Source: Aplysia californica (taxonomy: Eukaryota). Taken from it: 64,000 bases of DNA. The first letter of the stretch is position 1; every line of letters begins with the position of its first letter. The DNA is taken from assembly GCF_000002075.1 (NCBI RefSeq), contig NW_004797857.1:71421-135420 (forward strand). The letters run 5' to 3'. The notes under the pieces were generated by a model that saw nothing but the letters and a program-made list of their open reading frames with translations, searched no databases and was not told the DNA's origin. Made by a program: the position numbers and the translations under genes. Of this stretch, positions 35,801-47,800 are shown in pieces.

Positions 35801-38800
35801 CAATATGAGTCCTTGGAAGATATTCTCCAGCTAATGCAGGTAAATTTTTTTCCCCCTGTCCTTGGGCAGTTCATCATGTTTTGTGCATGTTCTGTAGGTG
35901 ATTAGAGGGGACTCTGATATCTCTACTGTTTCCATTATTGCTGTAATTAATCTTGAGCTGTTCCTGACGAAAAGTGATGGTTATTATGCAGACTTGCAGC
36001 TTAAATAATTATCCTTCCTTGTGTTCAGCTTTAGTGTGTTGAGCTGTTGGTATTTTCAGAGGCATCACTCTTGTTTAGATTATCATGATTGAACATCATT
36101 GATTTTTGTTTAATGGACCAGTGTTGTTTTCATCTCCAGTACAACTGTGTCGTCATACTAATTTATATTCAAGGAAGTGGTTTGGTGGACTACAAAGGTT
36201 GTCTTACAGCAAATTTTTTTATAAACATAAAACCTTTCCTTTGTCTTTGGCTTCTTTAAGGGGCTGACAGTTTGTTCTATTTTTTTTCGGCAGATGTCAA
36301 AGGCTACTAAAGAGGAGCGAGAAAAAATGATGGTCAACTTGTCCCTGAGGCAGACCAAGCTTTCCACACTGAAGTCAGAGCTGGAGAAAACGAAGAAAGA
36401 GCAGGGGGAACTCATGCGCAAAAGCCAGAGGAAAGGACTGGGGACGAATGACCCACAGCTGGTCAGCAATCGCAAGTCCCAAGAGGAGCTGGAGAAACAA
36501 ATTGAGAAGTTGCTCAGTGCTGACCTTAACGAGCCTCTCAGTCCTGTGGGCAAGAGCTCAGACACAGTTTCCGAAGCTAAGTCAACAGTTCCCCTTACAG
36601 CAATCAAAGCAGCTGCATCAGCGTCTAGCAAACCCACTGTGCCAGCATCTAGCAAACCCACTGCTGCGGCGTCTACCAAACTAACTGCGCCTACTATTGT
36701 TAGGGCAACAGGTTTAGCTGCCAAGGCTAAGTTGTCCGATTCAGCAGCTTCAGCAGCCGGGAAGTCTCCTAGTTCTGCAGGAACGGCTGTTGGCAAGTCC
36801 ACTGGATCCGCTACTGTGGGAAAATCCACAGGATCCACTGCTCTAGGAAAATCTACAGGATCCGCTGCTCCAGGAAAATCTACAGGATCAGCTGCAACTA
36901 AAGCCACGGGCCCAGCATTGGCCAAGCCAAGTGCGCAAGTGGCGGGCAAGACTGGTGGACCTGCTGCCTCCGTTGGGAAAGATAAAAAGCCAACTGAGAG
37001 CGGGAAAGATAACAAGAGCACTGCCTGGACTAGTGTGAAGGTCACCAAGACAGATTTGCCACTGCTGGAGCCGAAAGATGGTCAATCCGCGAATGCGAAA
37101 AAAAAAGTTGAAAAGGTTGGTATTCATATTATGTTTAGTGGTGGAGATAGGGATAAAAGGCTGTGGCTTATTCATTTCTGTATTCTGATACTGAAGTTTC
37201 ATATTATATCATCATGTATAGGATGCAGTTTCTATCCTTAAAATCAGGGCTTCTGAGTTGCCCCTCATCTTATCTCTTTAAGAAACAAAAGTTAATTTTT
37301 TTTCTTTGACTTTCTGGAAATAAAAAAGCGACTTTTCAATGGATCTGAGCAATGCAGTAAAATCAGTACTTTGAAACAAGATGGCTGCTCCTTGTTGCAC
37401 TGTAAGTGTGGTTGGTAATAAAAAGTCCAGTAACAAACATGATGGTACTTACATGCATGCATCCTACACGTGATGATATATATGATATTATTTGTTGTTG
37501 TTGCTGTTGTAAAGATAGAATTATTTAAGTTTTAGCAGTTGGTATTTAGAGGGCGATGCATGCCAGTTTATTGTACTCATGGTCTTATTTGGAGATTTCC
37601 TCTCTTGTGAAGGGTCTTCATATTTTACTTTGTTTTTCTTTTGTGTAGCTAAACGAGGACACAAAAAAAAGTGGAACGTCCAGCTCCAGACATTCAAGCT
37701 CTTTGTCAAGCTCCAAAAACAAAATTTACTATGAGTACTTTGATGGAGGAAATCATTGGTGTTCTGCCTGTGGGAGTAACTGTAACTCTGCTGACCAGTT
37801 TCTTCAGCATTGCCATGGAAAGAAACATATGGGGGTATGTACTCCTTTTGTGCGTATGTACTCCTTTTGTGCTTAGAATTATCATGAAGTGTGTGTTAAG
37901 ATTAGAAGGGAATGGTTTGTTTTCTTCAATTTTATCGATTCTGCCTTAGACAACCACTTTCCTCCTTGACAGTGGGTGCNNNNNNNNNNNNNNNNNNNNN
38001 NNNNNNNNNNNNNNNNNNNNNNNNNNNNNNNNNNNNNNNNNNNNNNNNNNNNNNNNNNNNNNNNNNNNNNNNNNNNNNNNNNNNNNNNNNNNNNNNNNNN
38101 NNNNNNNNNAAGTATAATTTTTATTTGGGGGGATGGGGGGTGGGAAGATCACGAGGTTTGACGGCTTAATTTTTACTCATGAGAATTATTGTTATTCTGG
38201 ACCTTCTTTTTAGTGCTAGTGTTTCAATTTTTTTTCAGATGATTAGAAATTTATCATGAGTGTCTCTTAAAATGAACAGCAAGGGAGTTTAAAAAAAAAA
38301 TAATAAATTTTTTTTTCCTTTTTTTTTTCGAACAAAATTAGTTTGTGTATAGTCCAATGTGTGTATGTTTACATTTTTTTTTCTTCCCCAAAGCAGAGCA
38401 GAGCATTGTCAAGCAAAGCCTGCCAAAATCACCCTTGTTTTTTAAAGTTATATTTAATTTTGGTGAAGTTATTGTCAGGATGCTTTTTAAACAGAAACAT
38501 TACTAGAAAAATGTAGATGCCAGTGCTGCTCAAAGAAGTAAAACTGTGGACAAGTGGTAAATAAACTTAGATATAACTTTTCTGCAAATGTTGCTTCATG
38601 TTATAAGAAGGGAAGGCAGGATTTGCATTCATGTACAGAAATTTACTGATTGCAGATTGAAATTGAAAACAAAAATGTATTGAGTTTTCTGTCACAATGT
38701 GCTTGAAAATCTAGCTTAGTACATAAATAGCAATGTATATCATTTCTTTGATTTTCAAAATTGAAACAGGGTGCATCATATTTATGTATACTATCTTATT

Positions 38801-41800
38801 CATATGTACAGAACATTGAGTTTGTTTCAAGACCTTGGAAAGATGAAAACTCTTCAAGCAAATCCTCCACTCGAAAAGTTGGACAACCAGTTGGTAGAAG
38901 AATCAAGGGTATGTGCATTTTGTGTCCTCTTAAATGTAGACTTCAAAACACTGATGATGTATGTTATTTTTTTGCGTTTTATTCTCGATTAACAGGCTAG
39001 CTAGGATTTCTTTGATCTTTCTCTGTAACTTTGTCTTGAATGTGAGTATTAACACTTTGCCCCCTCGGTAAGAAGCCGTACCTTTTCCCCACTGGACACT
39101 GATCGCTGGGTTCCCGTGGCCTCCTTGAATTCAAGGAGTCCTTGAAAACTGCTTGAATTTGCATTCAAAGAAAAACCTTGAAAATTGCTTGAATTTGCAT
39201 TCAAGGAAAAATGGTCCTTGAAAACTCCCTGAATTTTGCCAGACCGGACAGGAACACAGCGTGACTGCCAGGCCCCGGGAATCCCGAGGGCCCCTAAGTC
39301 CATTTTTGCTGGTCGCGATTGTGATATAATATTCATTCGGCTTTTCTCGGCCCGAGAGTACGTTACCCGCGCACAGGCGGTTATTGCGGCAACAAATGGA
39401 AGAGTATGTGCGATACCGAAGCTCGATCGGGAAAATCAAGATCTGCTTTCGCTTTCGTTACCGCCCAGAAATTTGCTGGTAGGGCCTATAGTAGTCTGAT
39501 CACGCCACACTTGTAACATGCAGGTTCTGGTTCTGCATTACAAACGCGGTGTCGTCTTGAAAATAAATCATTTGTCCTGTGCTGCCGCTTGTGAAAAAAA
39601 AATAATACAAGCTTCTTGTTGGGCTCGCCATCGTGACCGGTCATTGAACCTGTGCGTTTTCGTCACATCGTGAGTATCGGCGATGGTTGAGGTCACCAAA
39701 GTTCATGCAAAGTCTGAGCGCTGGGAAGAATAGGACTCGGGAATGGGGGGTATTGATTTTTTTTAAAAAAGATGCACGCGGGGGAGGGGGTTGGCGGGAT
39801 GGGGTTGAAGGCAACACCGGATGACAAAAACTGAACTTGGAAGCAGATTTTATGTTCCAGAATTTTGATTGCTGTTCGATCTAGATCTAGATCTTGATCT
39901 CTCTGCAAAACGCGCGTTGGTGCAGGCCTTGTGTGGAATCGGGATGTCTCACTCGAACCTTGTAAGCCGTGTTTTTTTAAACTAAAGGGTTCCCGTTTCA
40001 TTGGGCAGGTGATAGTAAATTATATGTATTGTTCTATATTCTTTTAGCTTGCTGTTCAAGATTCGCAGATTTTCAGTGTCACTGCATCTTGCCCTCCCAC
40101 AGTTAGTTCTTACACCTCTCACACTGAATAGGTCTACTTGAGCCATTCATGTTATTACTCTACTTTGAGTTTGAGCTATAATTTTTGTCTTTCACGTTTT
40201 TTATATAAACTTTGACTCCCAAACTGGTTCTTGACGGTCGATATTCTGATTCTAGACCTTTTCTCAGGCTCAAAGCAAGATTCATTTTGATATAGTTTAT
40301 ATAGGCGAATATGATGAGGGGAAAATATTATAAATGAGTATAAGAACAGACTGAAACACTTAAGTCACACAGTATCCCAGTGCCACACTGACATGTTGTT
40401 GACTGGATATAATGTGCCTACATGTGTGCGCACGCGCGTGTGTGTATATATTATAATATATAAAATATAAATGGAGCATGCACTGCCTTTGTTATGTAAC
40501 TTGCCCCTGGAGAATGGATGAGCCCACCTGGAACATTGAGAAGCTGGGTTGGCAGTCACCCTGGGAACAGTTTTTGTTGGAAATCGAAACTATGATATGA
40601 TTCCTTTCCGGCAAGTATAGGCCTATCGAAAATAGGCTTTCGTCGTGAATTTCTTGACCAAACCTCCTTGAATTAAAAAAATTTGTCCTTGAAACCTCCT
40701 TGAATTTGATGGGAAGTTCATGGCAGGAACCCTGCGATCGGCAACAGTGTGATATAGCATGTACCGTATCTGTTTCCTGGTCCGTGGGGATAAGAGTTGC
40801 ACGCTCTGCGGGCTGCGTGGGTGGAAAGTGTTAAGCAAACTGTGTTGATTGTTAACCTAGAAAACCTACAGTTTTTCTACTTTCTAATCTTTGAATGGCA
40901 GGTGGCCAAATTGTATTGAAAATTACATAATTCTATTTGAAATGAGGGAGGGTCAATGAGTCAGCCACCCCCCCCCCCCCCCCCCCAAAAAAAAACCCCA
41001 ACAAAAAACAAAATAAGGATCATCAACGTTTTGACTTTGCATGTTTAAGTTCTGTATTTCAACAGTGAAATTGTTGATTCTATAAAAAGTATGGTTCGTA
41101 GGGTACAACTTATTGAGCCAAGAAAAATTCTAGAATCAGAGCAGGTGAATGTAAAAATCCGTCAACTGGGCACCACCAGGAACTTATTTCTTTACCAATT
41201 TCAGGTGTTTTTAGAGTTTGGAAAACCTTTTAACTTTTACATTGGAAATTTCTATCTGTAAGATCGCTGTGAAGGGGAAATTTGAATTTTGCGTGTTTTG
41301 GCTATACATTATTACATTTTTTCTGACTGTACTTTAATGAAGACTGTTGTCATGATACAGGTTCTTTTGACTAATTTTGGTCATGCCCTTCAGAATTATT
41401 TAATTAAGGAAAGAGCTATGAAACATTTGCAAGTTGTCAGTAAAGTTGTCTTTGAAAAGGGGTTCCTCTGTTTGAATGTTGTTGATGAAACTAGAAAAGA
41501 TTTCAACGCTGTGGTTTTCAATTTGTAAACTGGATTGCACATTCCCATTAAAAGTAAAAGATTGTTCGTTGAACTAAAGCTCCATCTTAAATGAGAGTGG
41601 AAACTTTTTTTGCTTGCAAAGTTTATTTATGTGCATTTCGTTCGGTTTTGAAATAAATGTCTGATCAGTAGTTTGGTACACTGTACCCTCTTAACGAAAA
41701 TGTTTTTTGTTCATGAGTTCACGATGCTTTCCTGACTTCCTATCTGTAACACAGTTAGCATTGTTGTTTTGTTCTATTGTGCAAGGAAATTTTGATACAG

Positions 41801-44800
41801 GAGTACCATCTTGAAAACGAGTGTAACACCTCTCCTGTCCCTCCTCAGGCATCGAGTTGATGTTCCCTGTTGTAGGCTTTTACTGCACAGTGTGCAAGTC
41901 CTATTGTGGTGACTATGAGACTGCCAGTGCACATCTCAAAAGTGAAGAGCACGACAACAAATATGCTGTAAGTACTCGCTGAATTGAATGCTAGTTGGAA
42001 TTTGTGATGTCTCCATTTGAGTTTGTGTGGGTGGTTGACGGGTGGTCCGGTGCGGTTTGCTCCTTCTTTTCTATCAAACATCTATTGTCCTGATCTCTGC
42101 TCCTTTTTTTGGTTGTTACTCTCTTGTAACATCTCTAGCCTTCTGCACTTATATGACCATATTGTGTTGCAAGTGCCATAAAACTCTTTATTAAAACTAA
42201 ACTTCGAGTTTGTTCAGCACCACCAAAATGAAAATGTCCATACAGAATGGGGATGTATGAACATTTGTTTGACTTTAAAAATTATGGACATTGAATTAGG
42301 GTTTCTTTTCTCATTCTTTAAAATGTCTTTTATTAGAAATTATGAGAAGGACATTGTTGTAGGAGTTCCATGTAAGACAATACTAAGCAGGACCCTTGTA
42401 CTTCGAAAGGGAACAACTTACCTTTCCCATTAAATTAGGAACGGCTGGCAGCTTTCCAGTGTCTTATCTCCCAGCCCAATGAAAGAAACCCACTCTTTTA
42501 GACTTGCTGCTCATGAGGAGTGGGTAAGAAAACTCGATGGAGAGTCTTAGCCTATTGAACTCTTGGTGTGTGACAATGACATGAGAGTCAACTGGGAGAA
42601 ATGATGAAATGGCCCAAAATTTCTTTGTGTAAACCAGATCTGCTTGATTTTGTGTGTGTGTGTGTGAAGGGATGTTGTAATGCAAAGAATAAAAAGGAAA
42701 ATAAAACCCAGGTTGAAAATCCTTTCGTGTTAGCTGTCAGAGATTTTTTGTTTAGAGGCTTAAGGACTTGATATTTAGTTTGTTTGTTGTCTGATTACTC
42801 TTTGGCTTGTAAGAAAATCTGATATTTACACACTGCTATGTGTAAGTGCTTCCGATCTCACATTCTGTCAAATAAGGTTTAGTAATACCCAGCTCACACT
42901 GCCAGTTTTGATTCAGTTGGGGCCACCCAGATTTTTTTTTTTACAGTGGGGCTAAAGCAAGTTACCGTTTTGGCACAATGTGGTTAAACTCCATCAATTT
43001 ATATTGTGACCTTTAAAAATCAAACATATTTGTTTTTCAAGGTCGCAAGTCAAATGGGTTGTTGCTGTTGGCTAAGAATGGCTGATTACAAGGCTTTGGG
43101 GTTGTAGCCTACAAATCACAAGGCCAGGGAAAAAATTTTTTGGGGTGTGGGGAATGTGATAATGAACAGAGGCTGATAGAAAGCTATTGGAATTTCCCAT
43201 GTCTGTGGATTTCAAGAACCTCTCGACACAGCAACTGTGAATATGTTACAGTCAATCACTGAGGTCATTATTGAAGGGACTGGTCGTGTCCAACACCTTG
43301 TGCTGGTCAAAGTTTTCTATGCTTAACTGTCTGGGTCAAATTCTGAAATAACGAAGAAGGGGTCTATTCGTAGTGTGCACTGAACCTACCATTAATCAAC
43401 TTTGCCTAAACTGACCCAATCATGCCCATGAGCAACCAGAATGAAATATACCTCAATGTTAAAAGTATTGCAATTTGTGAAGATATAATTTTTTGTTTTT
43501 TTACATTAAAAATGAGTATAATTATATATCTCATCGTTAACTTATTCTTTTTATTTTTCCCAGGAATTCATCAAACAGAATCCCATGTACGAAAAACAAC
43601 TCCTCCTGGAAAAAGCAACAAGCTTGTCTGTGAGGAAGGGGAGGAAACCACCAGAGGAGATAAGAAAATATTGGGAGAAGAGTCCTTCTCCTCCCCCCAA
43701 TCCTCCTCCACCCCCACCACCATTACCTCGTGAAAAACCACCAGCACCTCCTTTACCTCCTTCGTCAAAGAAGTCTGAATCTAAATCTGTCAAAAATAGT
43801 AAAGCAGCAGAAAAATCTGGTGATAAAACACAGAGCAAAGGTAAAACGGGAGCTAAAAGGCATCTGAGAGTTTCGGGCAAAGATGCTGGTTCAGATAATG
43901 AAGATGTCGGTGAAACTGAGAACATGACTGTGGTTGATATGGAAATAGAAGAAGAGGAGGATGATGGCTCTGGTGATGTGGACATCAAAGTGCCAAAAAT
44001 GAAAGCTAAGAGCAGCTCTATTCTGCCTCCGTGGACTCCTTTGACTTCTGATAGTGCAGAAAAGGTTGACGACTCCAACAGGCAGACTCAGGAATCTCCA
44101 GTCGAGCCTCTGGAGAAATTTGTCACCATTGGAGAGGGCGGGGTGTCAGATGTGCCTGTTGACCCAACAGATCTTGACCTGTCGACCATTCCCATCCCAG
44201 ATGAGCCAACATCCTCTGTCCCAGTAGAGCAGGCTCCGGCTGTTACCCCCAACCCTGAAGAGGTTCCCACGGTCAAGTCGTGGCAGGATTATCAGCGGGA
44301 GAAAGATCAGGAATTGGAAGAAGAAAAGCGTATGATGGGGATTGATGTAGATGCAGAGGAGGAGAAACCCATGGCAGTGGTGCCGGTACGTCCGCCAGTA
44401 GTTTATGTGAAGTCCGAGCTACTACCCAGTGAAATTCCTGAGGACAAAGCTACTAGTTCAGGGGCAGAGAAAGAAGGGAAGCAAAAACAAAAAAATCCAA
44501 ACACATTGTTTGCCAAGGCTCATGGTCATATTGCCAATCCAAAGGCAAAGTTGAAGGCTGTGGGGCCTCAGAGCATTACAGACGAAGACTTTGAGGCCAA
44601 GATACAGAATGAAATCAAAGCCCGTTTAGCTCAAGAGAAAGAGAAGATGATCAAAAAGAAGCTGAGGCAGGAGCAGCAGGCGGAGAAGAAGGAGAAAAAA
44701 TTGCTGGAGGAACTTGAGCAGAAGAGGAGAAGGATCTACAGTGACAGCGAGTCGTCTTCGGAGGACTCTGATGATGCTGAGGATGTGGAGAGGCCCCTAG

Positions 44801-47800
44801 AGTCTGGAGCGCAGATGCCAAGTGAGATGTCCGTGACTCAGTTTTCTGAAGTTGAGGCGGCCTCCCAATATCCTACACAGACATTTGGTACTGAATCCGA
44901 GGCTGGAACGGGCTTTCTGTATCCTGCGAACACTGGGCACCTTGGCGGAGATAGCGCTGTTTCTACAGCAACTGACTACGAGGGACTTGTGCCAGCCACT
45001 CCTTCAGAAAATCAAGCAAATGTACAGGCTGAAAACAGTGCTCCCGATTTGACAAATCAGGCTTACTCGCTGCCTGGAAGCTCTGAATTACATGGTGACA
45101 TACCTTTTCCTGAAATTGCCTCTACCTCAGTGGGAGGTGGGGCTGTTGATGGTCCCTCGATGGGTGTTTCTGAAAAGGTTGAGATGTCGTCAACTCAGGT
45201 TGAAGGCAGCTCACTAACTGACCTTCCTCTATTGAAAGATGAAACTGCTGACTCCACTACTACAGAGTTGTCTGCATCTACTGGAGAAACTTCAGTAACT
45301 GTGTCTCTTGAAATGCCTGCATTGGAGGGTGAAACTGCTCCAAATCTGATTTTAAACCAGGGGTCGGTCAATTCAGGTTTGGAAGGCAAAACTGAAGTGG
45401 CTGACGGAAGTCATTCTTTTGCGGAGAGTTGTCCCACAGAAGCTGTAATCTCTTCGGCTAACAAAAACGTTGATGTTATGCTAGCAGAAGCAGATTCGGG
45501 AGTCTTGCCAGCCCCTGGTGTCGACTCTGCCCATGATAACCAGCTAGAAGAATCCCTTCACTCTGTGGACAGTACCACAGAACTTGGAACTGCTTCGATT
45601 AAGGCTGAGCAGAAAATGGAGAATTTTGGAGAGGAATCAGATCCTAAGGCTGTTAGTAAAGAGAAACAGTCCTCTCATGTTTCCAAGGAAAGCCAATTGA
45701 AGCGGACCACGACCAAGGCCAAAGTGAAAACAGCACCAAAGGCAGGGGCTAAAGAAAAGCCTGGCGTGCCCTCGTCTGAAGGAGAGATTAGTGACCTCAC
45801 TGCCTGCTTTGCTTATGCAGACTTGTCTGTTGCCAGGCACGCCCAGTCTGTCGCTCAGACCAAACAAACTGTGAAACAGAAAACAGCATCACAAGCAAAA
45901 GATATCAAAAGTGTGAGTAGGAAAGCAAAGACACCAAAAGCCAAACGTCAGGTGAAGAAGAAATCAAATGAAGCTGCTGCTGGTAAGGGATCTGGTAGCG
46001 GTGCTGTCAGTGATGATGAGATGGACACAGATGAGTTTGAGAGGATGGCAGAGCTCATGCTGGGAGAGAATCTTATTGTCCTTTCAGAGGTCAATGAGGA
46101 AGAGGCCGAGGCTGCCGTGGCTGATGCCAGACCTGAAGATGTTGTCAGTGGGACTTCTGCTGAAGCTGGCGGCAGTTCTGAAATACCCAATGTTGAGCCT
46201 GCTGGTGGCGGTGCTTGCGTTCCAGAGGATGAGGCAGCGGAGGTACAACAAAAGCAGGGACTGACTGAAGCTGATTACCCCGCAAACACTGAAGGTGATG
46301 CTTATTATAAACATTTGAAAGAGCAAAGTGAAAGTGCTGGTGAAGTCGAAGGCAGCGGAGTGTCTTCATTACCTGTTTCAGCTCCTGAAGTGTCGTCCCT
46401 TCAACCTGTGGTTATGGTGGAGGATCTGTGCGTCCCTGCACCTCAGCATGAAGTCAGTGCAAGAGGGAATGAACCTCCAGAGTGTGTAGGTGGAGCAAAT
46501 GTTGTGCAGAGTCTAGAAGGTGGAGAACAGGGTCTTGATGCAGGGTCTGGTGATGTGGAGAATGTACCTGTTGTCGAGCAAAGTGAATTGCACTCAGAAG
46601 TTTTGGAGGTGAGCAGAGTGAAAGGCGGTAGAGGTCGAGGTAAAAAAGGAGGGCGGGGGAGGGGTAGGAGAGGCGCAGCTCAGAGCAGGGCTTCAGCGGC
46701 CAGCAGTGAGCCTGTTGCAGAGAAGTGTGAGACTCCCAGTCTCTCTGAGACGACGGGGGAACACTTGGAGGAAGAACAGACGGCAGTGGTTGTGGAGGGG
46801 GTATCTTCAGGCAGGACGAGAAGCAAGCGACTAACTCGAGGACAAATGGCTGCAGAAGAAAAGACGAGATCCAGCAGTCGACTGACCAGAAGCAAGCTCC
46901 AGGACAACCTCAGTGTGACAGCGGAGAGCCAGGCTGATACAGCGGAGAGCCAGGCAGATACAACGAAGAGCCAGGCAGATACAGCGAAGAGCCAGGCAGA
47001 TACAGCGGAGGGCCAGGCAGATACAGCGGAGAGCCAGGCAGATATATATATAGCAGAGGGCCAGGCAGATACAGCGGAGAGCCAGGCAGATATATATATA
47101 GCAGAGGGCCAGGCAGATACAGCGGAGATCCAGGCAGATATATATATAGCGGAGGGCCAGGCAGATACCACCTTGGGGAGTGGGGAAATGGAAGTCCTGC
47201 CTGACACAGTATGCTCTCAAGGTGTTGACAGTGTCGAAATGAGTATTTCGCTCTGTCAGTTCCAACAAGAAGCAGCAAGTCAGGTGGAGATGACAGATCC
47301 CTCAATTGACCCTGTCGAGGATAATGTACCTATGCCCCAGCTGGACCTGGAAAACCCCTCTGGAATCTCTGCTGATTCATCTGATGTTAATGCCTCAGAT
47401 GTGCCGACTATTAATGACATCCCAGTAGTAGATCCTGACAATGCACAGTGTGTCTCTGATTCGGATAGTGACGCCACCATTACAGAAGAGACAGAAGAAG
47501 CTGCTGGCATTATTGTAGTTGAGACTGGAGTCGGCGAGGCCACTGTCACCGAAGCTCTGGACGTTGTCGAGGCCGGCCAGCAGTTGCTTGAGGCTGATCA
47601 ACCATCAGTTCCTTTTGAGATCAACGAGGAAGCAGACGAGCCTGATTCTGTGACTGATGCAATGATGCTGATGAATGCAGGGATAGCGGAGCCTCTGGCG
47701 ACTTCCTCAAACAGCTGCGCCGCTTCAGAAGATGTAGCGCTGACCACTCCTTTCTGGGAGAGTCTGGACCAGCAGCAGACGTCCTCCCCCACCCCAGCCA

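Noticed and set aside
36158-37048. 296-aa antisense ORF (and other antisense ORFs over 32980-34620 and 43551-47861)
   Set aside because: Shadows of the ZNF318-like coding exons and their repeats; no independent splice or domain evidence.
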